Shown here in pieces: positions 1 to 8,551 of a DNA stretch of 64,000 bases. Both the position numbers and the translations under genes were made by a program. The notes under the pieces were generated by a model that was not told the DNA's origin, made no database searches, and saw nothing but the letters and a program-made list of their open reading frames with translations. The DNA comes from Clostridia bacterium. Its GTDB lineage: Bacteria > Bacillota > Clostridia > TANB77 > CAG-465. The stretch lies in assembly GCA_045604405.1 (NCBI GenBank), contig JAZUNZ010000048.1:25939-89938 (forward strand), in the 5' to 3' direction. The first letter of the stretch is position 1, and every line of letters starts with the position of its first letter.

Positions 1-1
1 A

Positions 2-482
2 ACGACTAAACACATTATTGAAAAAGATCCAACAATAAAGAAAGACATTACAAACAGTATGACTGAAAAAGGAAATATAAAATACATTGTATTAAAAACT
101 GACGGACAGATTTACGAACAAGAATACAAGTATTCTTATGATGCATTCGGAATACAAATGTCGTTATTGAAAGAAAAAGTATTGTGTTCAAATGAAGAAT
201 ATGGACATATTACGGATGCGTTATATGATTATTATGGTGAAGAAGCAAAACAAAGACGGAATAGTTAGGATTGTAAGCGATAAAGGACTATTTTATATAA
301 AACAAACAAGTGAACAACAATATATTGATGTAGAGCCAACATATGAATTAGTTAAAAGTGAAATATATGATAAATATAAAACAGATGTAAAATATATAGA
401 TGCAAAATATATTTTTACAACAGACAATAATATTATAGAAACATATATATTATGCAGAGAGATAGATAAAGAGGTAAAATAA
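2..482 (+). pseudogene. Frameshifted paralog of the next gene (5' end lies outside the window)
   Basis: The frame is open from position 2 to 268 (..KYIVLKTDGQIYEQEYK..EYGHITDALYDYYGEEAKQ). The +1 frame (192-482) then continues DGIVRIVSDKGLFYIKQTSEQQYIDVEPTYELV..DKEVK. Joined together, the two pieces align along the C-terminal ~130 aa of the 507-1484 product. The shift lies in the A-rich run gcaaaacaaagac near 255-267. Confidence 0.6.
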
Positions 483-506
483 GTTAAATAAGTAAAGGGA
501 GATAAT

Positions 507-1484
507 ATGAAAAAACTGTTTAAAGTATTAAGTGTTATAGCAATAATTATAGTAATTTTAGTAGGGTTGGTTATTGGAGGAGCGTTTGCAATAGAAGGCA
601 TTAAAACATTAAAGATGCGAAACGACAGAATAAACAATTCAAATACATTGTCAAAATATGTTGAATATCACGGATGGGAATATATTGGCGGTACATTAAA
701 CGCGTTAGAGTTTTATGCTGAAGATATTAAGTGCGACCTATTAAAAGATAGAAATGTATTATATTTTAATGATAATTATATGGGGGAAATCTTAATCCTT
801 GATGATTACACAATATATGAAACAGCTTTCACAAGTGATAAAACGTATAGCAATGGTCAACAATATAAATTAATTGGAACAGATTTAAAAATAAAAAGGA
901 TACAAGTACAAACTGACACATTATATTTAATAAGTGAAGACGATAAATATTATACATTTAGTTATGGCGAGATAAAAGAAATTAATGAAAGAGAAAACGG
1001 GACTACATATCCTTTTTTGAAAAACAAAAATATAAAGAAAATTGTACAAATATATAAGGAAAGTAATAACGGAACAAATAAACAAACATATATTGTTTTA
1101 AAAGCTGATGGGCAAATCTATGAGCAAGAATATAAGAGAAACTATAACAGTAAACAAAGCAAGTGGGAATATACACTGTTAGAAGAAAAAGTGGTATTCT
1201 CTAAAAAAGATTATGGACATATAACAGACTTTACTTATGCAACTGGTGGAGATTATATTGGTATAGTAAAAGTTGTAAGCGATAAGGGACTATATTGGTT
1301 AAAACAAACAAATGAACAACAATATATTGATACAGAGCCAACGTATGAACTTGTATTAAGTGATATATATAATAAATACAAAAAAGATATAAAATTTATC
1401 AGCAGCGAGTATGTATTTACAACAGACAATAATATCATTAGGACAGATATGCTAAGTAGAGATATAGACAAAGAAGTAAAATAA
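507..1484 (+). CDS. Membrane-anchored hypothetical protein (N-terminal TM, C-terminal module shared with the upstream pseudogene)
   Basis: 325-aa ORF. An SD (aaagggaga) sits 6 nt upstream of the ATG. N-terminal hydrophobic helix VLSVIAIIIVILVGLVIGGAFAI. No family recognised. Confidence 0.7.
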   Translation: MKKLFKVLSVIAIIIVILVGLVIGGAFAIEGIKTLKMRNDRINNSNTLSKYVEYHGWEYIGGTLNALEFYAEDIKCDLLKDRNVLYFNDNYMGEILILDDYTIYETAFTSDKTYSNGQQYKLIGTDLKIKRIQVQTDTLYLISEDDKYYTFSYGEIKEINERENGTTYPFLKNKNIKKIVQIYKESNNGTNKQTYIVLKADGQIYEQEYKRNYNSKQSKWEYTLLEEKVVFSKKDYGHITDFTYATGGDYIGIVKVVSDKGLYWLKQTNEQQYIDTEPTYELVLSDIYNKYKKDIKFISSEYVFTTDNNIIRTDMLSRDIDKEVK

Positions 1485-1500
1485 GTAAGAGAGGTATAAA

Positions 1501-1535
1501 AAATATCTAGTAAACTATGGTTTACTAGATATTTT
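1501..1535. terminator. Bidirectional hairpin terminator of the host tRNA-Lys locus
   Basis: 14-bp stem aaatatctagtaaa / tttactagatattt with loop ctatggt. A homologous hairpin with a different loop sits at 8504-8538. Confidence 0.7.
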
Positions 1536-1546
1536 ACCATTTTAAA

Positions 1547-1593
1547 TGGTGCGACATCGGGGGCTCGAACCCCGGACCAATAGATTAAGAGTC
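1547..1593 (-). pseudogene. Displaced 3' half of the host tRNA-Lys(CUU), forming the attR junction
   Basis: The minus strand reads gactcttaatc-tattggtccggggttcgagcccccgatgtcgcacca: anticodon loop, T arm, acceptor 3' strand and CCA. No 5' half is adjacent. Its acceptor strand atgtcgc pairs with the orphan 5' half at 8656-8695, not with the intact tRNA at 8552-8627. Confidence 0.85.
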
Positions 1594-1801
1594 AATGGGC
1601 ATTGCAACAATTTTAGGTGAGCAATTTAACATTTTTTCATATCTATTAAACGCACTTTTGTTTCTTGAAAGCCTTTATTTTAAAGGGTTTTAAGAAATTT
1701 TATTATATGTGTTATTATAGCCAAATTTTTATTTTACTATCTTTTATTTTTTGTAAAAGGTGGCACAAAGGTGGCACTTTTTCAAAATTGTGTGTTTTTT
1801 A

Positions 1802-2905
1802 CTAAAAAATTGTTTGTAATTTGTTGGCAACTTCTTTTCGGTTTGCTTGAAATATATGTGAGTAAATAGACATAGTTACATTCATTGATGAGTGTCCTAA
1901 TCTATCTTGTATTTCCTTTGGGTGTATTCCTAATGCTATTTGCATACTTGCAGAAGTATGTCTTAATGCGTGAAAGTTAATTCGTGGCAAATTATATTTG
2001 TTTGCAACCTTTTGTAATATCTTTCCGCAAGTTGTAGGGTACATAGGCTTACCGCTTTTAGCTAAAAACAATTTATTTGTTTCTTTAAAGTTGTTTGTAG
2101 TAGTTTTTAATTCTTCGCGATATTGTTTTAATACCTCTAATGTTTGGGGAGTAAGTACCAAATTTCTATATGATGAGTTGTTTTTTAATTGCTTTTCAAA
2201 GAACTCGCCATTTATAACATCTATTGACTTATTTATTGTTGTAACTCCCGTATCAAAGTTTATATCTTGCCAAGTTAAAGCAAGTATTTCACTTTTTCTT
2301 GCGCCACTATCTATTGCAAGTCTTATCAGCGCTTGATATTTTAAGCACTCGTTATCTAGCCCATTTAAAAGTGTTTTAATTTGTTCTATATCATAACATT
2401 GTACTAGCTTTTTTTCTTTTTTAGGTCTTTTAATTTTTCTATTAGGGTTATAGTCTAGTATTTCAAAATCTATTGCTTGTTCAAACATAAGATTTATTAA
2501 GTTATAATAGTGTAGTAATGTATAATTTGAAATGCTTTTTACTCGGTCGCCTTTCTTTAATTTTATATATAATTCATTTAGAGTATATGTATCAATGTCT
2601 TTAAGTTTCCAATTTCCTATATAGTCATTTATTTTCTCTAACATTGATTTATAGCCTACAATGGTTTTTATACTTAAATTAGGCTCACAATATTTGCTTA
2701 CAAAAATATTTCCATACTCTTTAAAGGTTAGGTCGGTTATATTTATCTTATTACCTTTTTTTGAATATTTTTGTTTCATTTCAAATTCTATCATTTGGGC
2801 TTCTCTTTTTGTGCCATCGTGTACATAGGTTTTTCTGCGCCTATCTGCCTTTGTTCCAACATCTACAATTATTTTATATTTGTTCTTTGATAATGTTTGT
2901 ATCAT
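1802..2905 (-). CDS. int: Tyrosine recombinase / phage-type integrase
   Basis: 367 aa. Catalytic signature elements are present: DSGARKSE (box I Arg), HALRHTSAS (H-x-x-R) and LGHSSMNVTMSIYSH (His..Tyr). There is an N-terminal SAM-like core-binding region. Confidence 0.92.
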   Translation of the reverse strand: MIQTLSKNKYKIIVDVGTKADRRRKTYVHDGTKREAQMIEFEMKQKYSKKGNKINITDLTFKEYGNIFVSKYCEPNLSIKTIVGYKSMLEKINDYIGNWKLKDIDTYTLNELYIKLKKGDRVKSISNYTLLHYYNLINLMFEQAIDFEILDYNPNRKIKRPKKEKKLVQCYDIEQIKTLLNGLDNECLKYQALIRLAIDSGARKSEILALTWQDINFDTGVTTINKSIDVINGEFFEKQLKNNSSYRNLVLTPQTLEVLKQYREELKTTTNNFKETNKLFLAKSGKPMYPTTCGKILQKVANKYNLPRINFHALRHTSASMQIALGIHPKEIQDRLGHSSMNVTMSIYSHIFQANRKEVANKLQTIF

Positions 2906-3004
2906 TTCTTTTGACCTCCTTTTTTCGAAATGATAACCTCACTATCTGCTATATATTATATCAGTTTTTCCTTTATATTTCAAGGGTTTGAAGCAATTTT
3001 TATA

Positions 3005-3199
3005 TTAGCAAAATAGTGTGTGTTTACTTTCTTTTTCTTCTAAATTTTCAATCCATAAGTTAATGTGTTCTAAATCAAATTTAATTCGATTTCCAATTCT
3101 AAAATGTGGTATTCTTTTTTGCCATACTAGTTTTCTAATTTCAGAAACTGAAATTTTTAAATAAGATGATAATTCTTTTAAATTTAATATATTTTTCAT
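3005..3199 (-). CDS. xis: Excisionase-family helix-turn-helix DNA-binding protein
   Basis: 64 aa: MKNILNLKELSSYLKISVSEIRKLVWQKRIPHFRIGNRIKFDLEHINLWIENL. This is an HTH_17/excisionase-like pattern. An SD (agagagg) lies upstream of the ATG at 3199. The gene sits directly upstream of int on the same strand. The longer 3403 start of the track ORF has no support. Confidence 0.8.
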   Translation of the reverse strand: MKNILNLKELSSYLKISVSEIRKLVWQKRIPHFRIGNRIKFDLEHINLWIENLEEKESKHTLFC

Positions 3200-3521
3200 T
3201 TTATACCTCTCTTTTGGGCTACTAGTAAGCCCTTTGACTTGTGCACAAATAAAGAATACCAACTTTTTTATTTTAATTCTTGTACGAAAAAACAAAAAAA
3301 GTGTTCTAATTTCAAAAATAGACTTTCCGCTTCTATCAATGCTTTCAAAGATTTTGATAACCGATTTTTCGAGCAAATGGGCAAAAAAAATGCCTCTTTT
3401 CAAAGCAAAATTTTTCTGTTAATATCATCTTGTAAGAGCAAGACGCGTCCTCTTACAAATATAAAATTGGACTATATCTAATAAGGTTTTTGTGGTATAA
3501 TCTATGCGAGGTGTAAAAGGT

Positions 3522-4640
3522 ATGGGAAATATACACAAGACTTTAAAAGATGACAATTTTAGAAATAGTAAATATATAGAAATTGTTAATAAGCAAATGG
3601 GTTGTGAAAATTTTAGAAAAGACTACGAAAAAGAATATTATATAATGCTTGATATATTTCAAACATTTATCGATTTATATAATTGTTTCTTTGCAGATAG
3701 TAACGGGTCAAATATAGAAAGAGTCAAACAAGCCAAAAGATTATTAGCACAACTTTTCAAAATGAAAGATGAAGAAGAAATAGACTTAATCGGTGTAAAA
3801 TATAGTGTAAGAGATATAAAGAACTTACCAGAAAAAGAAGTTAGGCTTATATATAATCTTATGAAAGAGTGTTGTTATACCTTATATTTTATGGAAGAAA
3901 GCGAAAGAGAGAGTCAAACATTAAAAGAAACGAAAAAACTTATTAAGAAAAAAATGCAAATGTTAGAAAGTGTTGGTTTTGATAAATGGGTTAAAGAAAG
4001 TATTTCTTTTGACAAAAACAAAAATAGCAATTATAAGATTTTCGTTTGCGCTTTTGATACACTAAATAAGAACAATGAAGAATTTATAGAAGATTTTAAA
4101 AAAGGCTTTAATTTTGATTTTGATAAAGACTTTGGGGAAAGTGAGTTTGAAGAATTATTTTATATATATAATCTTGTGGCAAAAGCAAACAATGGTATTG
4201 TTAATGCGCTAGTCAATACACAAGACAAGCAATATAATTTAACTAGTAATTCTTCATCACAAGAGATATACAAAGCATATCTTGATACATTACACTTAAA
4301 TATAAAAGATACATATTCAAATTTAAGCGCATTACATTTTAGTTTGACCGCTTCGACAACTTATGAAAGCATACGCGAAATATATAATATATCTTTCAAT
4401 GAGATGATAAGTAACTTTGACTTATATTTCTTTCTTGATAAAATGAAAAATTGTGTTAATACAAATGAAATAACAATAAATAGCAATGTGACCGATAGTA
4501 TAATAAAGAAATTACAAGATATATATAATACTATTACAAATATACAAGACAAAGATATTAAGGAAACATATAAAGAAGCCTTTGATAAGGTACAAGAAAT
4601 TATTAAAAGAAACGCAAAATATTATATACGCGTTAGTTAG
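3522..4640 (+). CDS. Hypothetical protein, island cargo (predicted mostly helical, no recognised domain)
   Basis: An extended -10 tgGTATAAT at 3493-3501 places the TSS after the ATG at 3504. The ATG at 3522 with SD gaggtg is therefore preferred. No Walker, HEPN, nuclease or HTH motif is visible. Confidence 0.65.
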   Translation: MGNIHKTLKDDNFRNSKYIEIVNKQMGCENFRKDYEKEYYIMLDIFQTFIDLYNCFFADSNGSNIERVKQAKRLLAQLFKMKDEEEIDLIGVKYSVRDIKNLPEKEVRLIYNLMKECCYTLYFMEESERESQTLKETKKLIKKKMQMLESVGFDKWVKESISFDKNKNSNYKIFVCAFDTLNKNNEEFIEDFKKGFNFDFDKDFGESEFEELFYIYNLVAKANNGIVNALVNTQDKQYNLTSNSSSQEIYKAYLDTLHLNIKDTYSNLSALHFSLTASTTYESIREIYNISFNEMISNFDLYFFLDKMKNCVNTNEITINSNVTDSIIKKLQDIYNTITNIQDKDIKETYKEAFDKVQEIIKRNAKYYIRVS

Positions 4641-4652
4641 GAGAGGTTTAAA

Positions 4653-5051
4653 ATGGAAAAATTTAATGCTATAAAAATGTTAGAGAAAGAACAAGAGAAA
4701 GAAAATTTAGTAAATACAAATTCGGGGAAAGAGGAGTTTTATGATAAGTTATTCGCTTATATAGAAGATTATATAGAGCCTTACCTTATAGGCTTAAATA
4801 ATAAAGGACTAATACAATATGACCCTACAAGCGAAGATGAAGATGTTATAGTAAAAACTAATGAATTAGAAATCTTAACAAAAGACTTGTTAGAAAATTT
4901 GGCTTTGGGTTATACAATTAAAAATGGCGAAATGGTTGTTGATGATGATAACCCTAGTAAATACGAAAACTTTATATTTGGCGACAAGAATATAAAAACA
5001 GAGGTAGCCAATATGTTTAAAGCATATATCGAAGAAAGATTTTTAAAATAA
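4653..5051 (+). CDS. Small acidic hypothetical protein, co-operonic with 3522-4640
   Basis: 132 aa. SD ggagagg 6 nt upstream. 12-nt gap to the upstream gene. Followed by the hairpin gtgctaacac/gtgttggcac at about 5062-5088. Confidence 0.65.
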   Translation: MEKFNAIKMLEKEQEKENLVNTNSGKEEFYDKLFAYIEDYIEPYLIGLNNKGLIQYDPTSEDEDVIVKTNELEILTKDLLENLALGYTIKNGEMVVDDDNPSKYENFIFGDKNIKTEVANMFKAYIEERFLK

Positions 5052-5099
5052 TTACGAGCAGGTGCTAACACTTAATTGTGTTGGCACTTCTTATATTAT

Positions 5100-5510
5100 C
5101 TATATAAATATATATAGATATAGAGTATATTTATATAATTATTAAAATTGTATTCTTTAATTAAGTTATATACTAATAAGTATATTAAGTTAAATATATA
5201 TAATTATAAATATATATACTTAATTTATTTTATTTATATATATAACCTTTTGTAAAGATATATAATAAAATAATTTATTACAAGTATAATCTAATGTAAG
5301 TATATTACTTTCTACATTAGGTTATATATATAATTACTTATTCAATAGATGAATATATAATATCTTTCCATAAGACTATATATATTTCAATAGATTATAT
5401 TATTATATTACTTTTCATAAGACTAGATATTTATACTATACTCACTTACATAAGGCTTAATACTTACTACTAAATAATATAATATATTATAATTAGTTAT
5501 ATCTACCTCG
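5100..5510. repeat. Non-coding, extremely AT-rich block with iteron-like direct repeats and an inverted repeat
   Basis: Units ttcaatagat..(t)tt(c)cataagacta recur at 5341 and 5386, a period of ~45-47 bp. A third copy acataaggctt is at 5449. Inverted repeat taatctaatgta (5287-5298) / tacattaggtta (5313-5324). No ORF. Confidence 0.6.
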
Positions 5511-5821
5511 TGTCAAGATATGAAGCAAAAACTTTTTAAAATATTTTTTCCATAGCCTCTTTAAGTAAAATTCCGCTTCAGCATAAAAAATAACCTCGCT
5601 TTATTTCGATTTTAAGGCGCGTTATTTTTTTGACAAGTAATTTGTCGAATAAAAGATTTTCGGCAAAGTATGGTAGCGCATTTTGCTTTATAGAGCTATT
5701 TTACATATATGCAATGAGTGTTTATACAAATCAATGTATGAACATTCTTTTTTATTATATACATTTGCTATTTATATAAAAAACAAGAACGGCTACAAAT
5801 TCGCAACCGTTCTTGAAATGT

Positions 5822-6586
5822 TTAGTCTTTCCGCCACTCTTGATAGCAGTCATTTTCTTTGCACCATTCTTCAAGTGCTGGGGCATGTTCTTTTCTGAAC
5901 TCATCGTAAGTTTTTCCATCGACATCTTCGTAGGTAAACACCTTATATGTCTTTGCCTTAAACCGCTTCATTACTTCTTCAAGTGGGTATTGTCTTTGAC
6001 TATAAGTGTCGAAACACCAGTTATCATTGACATATAAAACATGCATTGTGTAAGCATTGTCGCACTTATCGTCCTCGTTGATATTACCGGTTTTTATTAG
6101 TTTAGTTGCTATAAACATCAATGTTCCTTTTTTTAGACATTTCAGTGTCTCGAAACATACAGCATAGCAATAACCATTAACCTGTTGTGTCATCATAAGA
6201 TAGTGCAGTTTTTCGTTTTCTTTCTTGATAACATCAAAATCATTTTTTGATATTGCATTTCCTTTGATAACATATCGAGAAGAAAAGATATTTGCAGAAA
6301 TTAACTCTTTAAAAGAGTGTATCGGTTCATTAAATTTTTTCATAAACCATACTGCAAAAATAACATACGCTACAATAAGAACAATACATTGAATTATATC
6401 ACTTAAAGTTTGCTCACAAGTAAGCAGTAATGTAAGTAAGCTTGTTAAGGGCAATGCTCCAAAAATTGAAATCAAAAATTGTGAGATAAAATCCGTTTTG
6501 ATTTTATCTTTTAGAAGCATTGCAGTTTCTTGGTCTTCCTTACTTAAAGTTCTAAAAACAGTCCTCCGAAGTACAAATTCAAACAT
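5822..6586 (-). CDS. Two-TM membrane protein with a cytoplasmic Cys..His..Asp domain (possible transglutaminase/papain-like fold)
   Basis: 254 aa. TM helices ISQFLISIFGALPLTSLLTLLL and CIVLIVAYVIFAVWF. C-terminal motifs GYCYAVCFE .. YTMHVLYVNDNWCFDTY resemble the G-x-C / H-x-W-x-E / W-x-x-D-P-T pattern of transglutaminase-like cores. The terminator caagaacgg..ccgttcttg at 5784-5815 follows the gene. Confidence 0.6.
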   Translation of the reverse strand: MFEFVLRRTVFRTLSKEDQETAMLLKDKIKTDFISQFLISIFGALPLTSLLTLLLTCEQTLSDIIQCIVLIVAYVIFAVWFMKKFNEPIHSFKELISANIFSSRYVIKGNAISKNDFDVIKKENEKLHYLMMTQQVNGYCYAVCFETLKCLKKGTLMFIATKLIKTGNINEDDKCDNAYTMHVLYVNDNWCFDTYSQRQYPLEEVMKRFKAKTYKVFTYEDVDGKTYDEFRKEHAPALEEWCKENDCYQEWRKD

Positions 6587-6615
6587 TTTTTCTCAACCTT
6601 TCTGTATTAGATTTT

Positions 6616-6671
6616 TGTGGTTACATAAGTCTATCATACCACATTTGTGTTTACATAAGTTTATTATACCA
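6616..6671 (-). promoter_or_regulatory. Tandemly duplicated 30-bp promoter-like unit upstream of the 5822-6586 gene
   Basis: The minus strand reads tggTATAATaaacttatgtaaacaca and then tggTATGATagacttatgtaaccaca. These are two extended -10 elements (TGnTATAAT type) 30 bp apart. The proximal one is ~47 nt from the ATG. Confidence 0.5.
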
Positions 6672-7044
6672 TCTTTTCCTTTAAATATCAACATTTACGC
6701 TATTTTTTAAAATAGATAGTTAATTTTAGTCGTTGCGATTTTGGGGTAATAGGCCTTTTTTCAATGTCAATTTGCCCGCTTACTAAACCCCACGCGCCCT
6801 ATATGTGTTTTTCAACCTCTTAAAATCGATTTTAAGCCCTGTTTCTTTTTAGAGTAGTAATTTATCATCTAGAACATTTACGAAGCGCATTTCGGTGTTT
6901 ATACGCGTTTTAGAGGTGTTACAACAAACTTGCGTTCGTTGCAAGTTATCGCCTTTTTACTATCTACCTACTATATACATATTATTGATAGCTTTTTGTA
7001 GTTTCCGCTTCTTAATTCCTCTTTATATATGAGGAGGCAAAAAT

Positions 7045-7224
7045 ATGGAAGATAAATTTTACAATTTAAAACAAGTAAGCGAATTACTTATAACTCCAAT
7101 TCCTTACTTGCGAAAACTAATTAAAGAAGAAAAACTAAAAGGTCGCTTTCTTGGTAGGCAATACATAATAAGCGAAAAGGAGTTAAAAGATTTTATAGAT
7201 ACTTTGGGGGTAAAGCAAATATGA
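7045..7224 (+). CDS. Second excisionase-family HTH protein (59 aa, absent from the ORF track)
   Basis: MEDKFYNLKQVSELLITPIPYLRKLIKEEKLKGRFLGRQYIISEKELKDFIDTLGVKQI. SD gaggagg 7 nt upstream. The stop overlaps the next ATG (ATGA at 7221-7224). Confidence 0.7.
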   Translation: MEDKFYNLKQVSELLITPIPYLRKLIKEEKLKGRFLGRQYIISEKELKDFIDTLGVKQI

Positions 7225-7571
7225 AGATAGAACTTGAAAAAGATATTTTAAAATCTCTTGGGCTATATGATACAACAATATCATTTGGACTTGATGAAGA
7301 TATACAAATTGCTATTGAAAGAAAGATAGATAACTACTTAAAGAAAATTGATGAAGAACAAAAACAAAAAGAAAGAATAGACTTTGTAAAACAAGAACAC
7401 GAGAATTTTAAAAAGAAAAATGAATTTGTTAATACCTTTAATGATAAATATGTTTATGGCAAAATAAAAAACAAGTTAATGCGTGACGGGTTTATTTATG
7501 GTTGTCCAACTTGTAGAATATTAGATGTATCACACGAATATATGAAACCGATTAAAAAGAAGCAAAGCTAA
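7221..7571 (+). CDS. Hypothetical protein (island)
   Basis: 116-aa ORF translationally coupled to the upstream HTH gene. Lys/Glu-rich. Single CPTC motif near the C-terminus. Confidence 0.6.
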   Translation: MKIELEKDILKSLGLYDTTISFGLDEDIQIAIERKIDNYLKKIDEEQKQKERIDFVKQEHENFKKKNEFVNTFNDKYVYGKIKNKLMRDGFIYGCPTCRILDVSHEYMKPIKKKQS

Positions 7572-7681
7572 AATTATCTAAAAATTTTTTTAAAAAGTTT
7601 TCACGAACTATTTAAATTTTTTATAATAATTTTATCAATTAAATAATTTAATTGAAATAAAGATTAGGAGGAATTTTAATA

Positions 7682-7990
7682 ATGGAAGAACTTTTAACAA
7701 AGGACACTTTTGAAACAATGGTTTATATTCAACTTTCTAGTGGTGATAATATCGTTATAAATCTAAATACAGCTTTTAGCGCTTTAAGTTATTTTATATC
7801 ACACGATATTACGCAGATAACTGAATTTTGCCAGATAGATGAATTAGTGGGAAAATATAATGAACTACTAAAAAAAAGAGGAAAAGACTCTATTACAGAC
7901 TTGCGTTATAATGATGAAGATGGAATAGCTTTTGCTATTATAACCGGTTTAAAATTAAAACTTGAAAAAGAACTTTTTACATATATGTAA
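7682..7990 (+). CDS. Hypothetical protein (island)
   Basis: 102-aa ORF. SD aggagg 8 nt upstream. Followed by the terminator aaagaggaata..tattcctcttt plus a T-run at 7995-8036. Confidence 0.6.
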   Translation: MEELLTKDTFETMVYIQLSSGDNIVINLNTAFSALSYFISHDITQITEFCQIDELVGKYNELLKKRGKDSITDLRYNDEDGIAFAIITGLKLKLEKELFTYM

Positions 7991-8034
7991 GATGAAAGAG
8001 GAATAGGCATTGTAGCTTATTCCTCTTTATTTTT

Positions 8035-8262
8035 TTACTTATCTAATAGGTCAAGTAATTTCTTTATTTCATTTGCATTGTTTTTTCTAAACTCTATTAT
8101 ATATTCGTTTTTTAATTCCTCTTGGTGTTTTTTCAAAAGGTCGATTTTGTCCGCTTCGACTTTTTCTTCTTCTAGCATTTGTTTAATAACTAACATTTCT
8201 AATATTAAATCTTGTATCTTTGGTGTTAGATTAAATCTTAAATCTTTTAATTCATTTTCCAT
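8035..8262 (-). CDS. Small coiled-coil hypothetical protein (island)
   Basis: The start at 8262 (MENELKDLRF..) has SD aaagga 8 nt upstream. The longer 8292 start has none. Confidence 0.5.
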   Translation of the reverse strand: MENELKDLRFNLTPKIQDLILEMLVIKQMLEEEKVEADKIDLLKKHQEELKNEYIIEFRKNNANEIKKLLDLLDK

Positions 8263-8551
8263 AAATAATTCCTTTCCATAACTAACTATCATAATAATAT
8301 TTAATTGCTTGTTATCATTTCAAATATATTTTTTAGATAGTGAGTGGCAAAGGTGTCACCAAAGTGGCAAAAAGGAAATAACCTTATAATACTTTATGAT
8401 AAGTTATAATACTTTTGTTTTTAAAAAAAATTTCTATATATAATTTTTAGGCGACACTTTTATATAAAAAGTGGCACAAATTTTTGCAAATCAAAGAACA
8501 AAAAAATATCTAGTAAATCGCGTTTTTACTAGATATTTCAACATTTCTAAA

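Noticed and set aside
293-637. Antisense ORFs throughout the six-frame track, for example 293-637(-), 10348-10926(-), 10927-11406(-), 17589-18074(-), 19119-19598(-), 50550-50963(-) and 58496-58969(-)
   Set aside because: They lie opposite well-supported genes. They have the Ser/Ile/Leu/Phe-rich composition typical of reverse frames in AT-rich DNA, and they lack SD sequences. They are shadow ORFs.
3005-3403. 132-aa version of the xis ORF, and the overlapping + strand ORFs at 3234-3481
   Set aside because: Only the last 64 codons have an SD and an HTH sequence. The upstream part runs through the divergent promoter region. The + strand ORFs have no SD and low-complexity products.
5683-6037. + strand ORFs 5683-5898 and 5813-6037
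   Set aside because: They overlap the terminator and the 3' part of the better-supported minus-strand 254-aa gene, and they have no SD.
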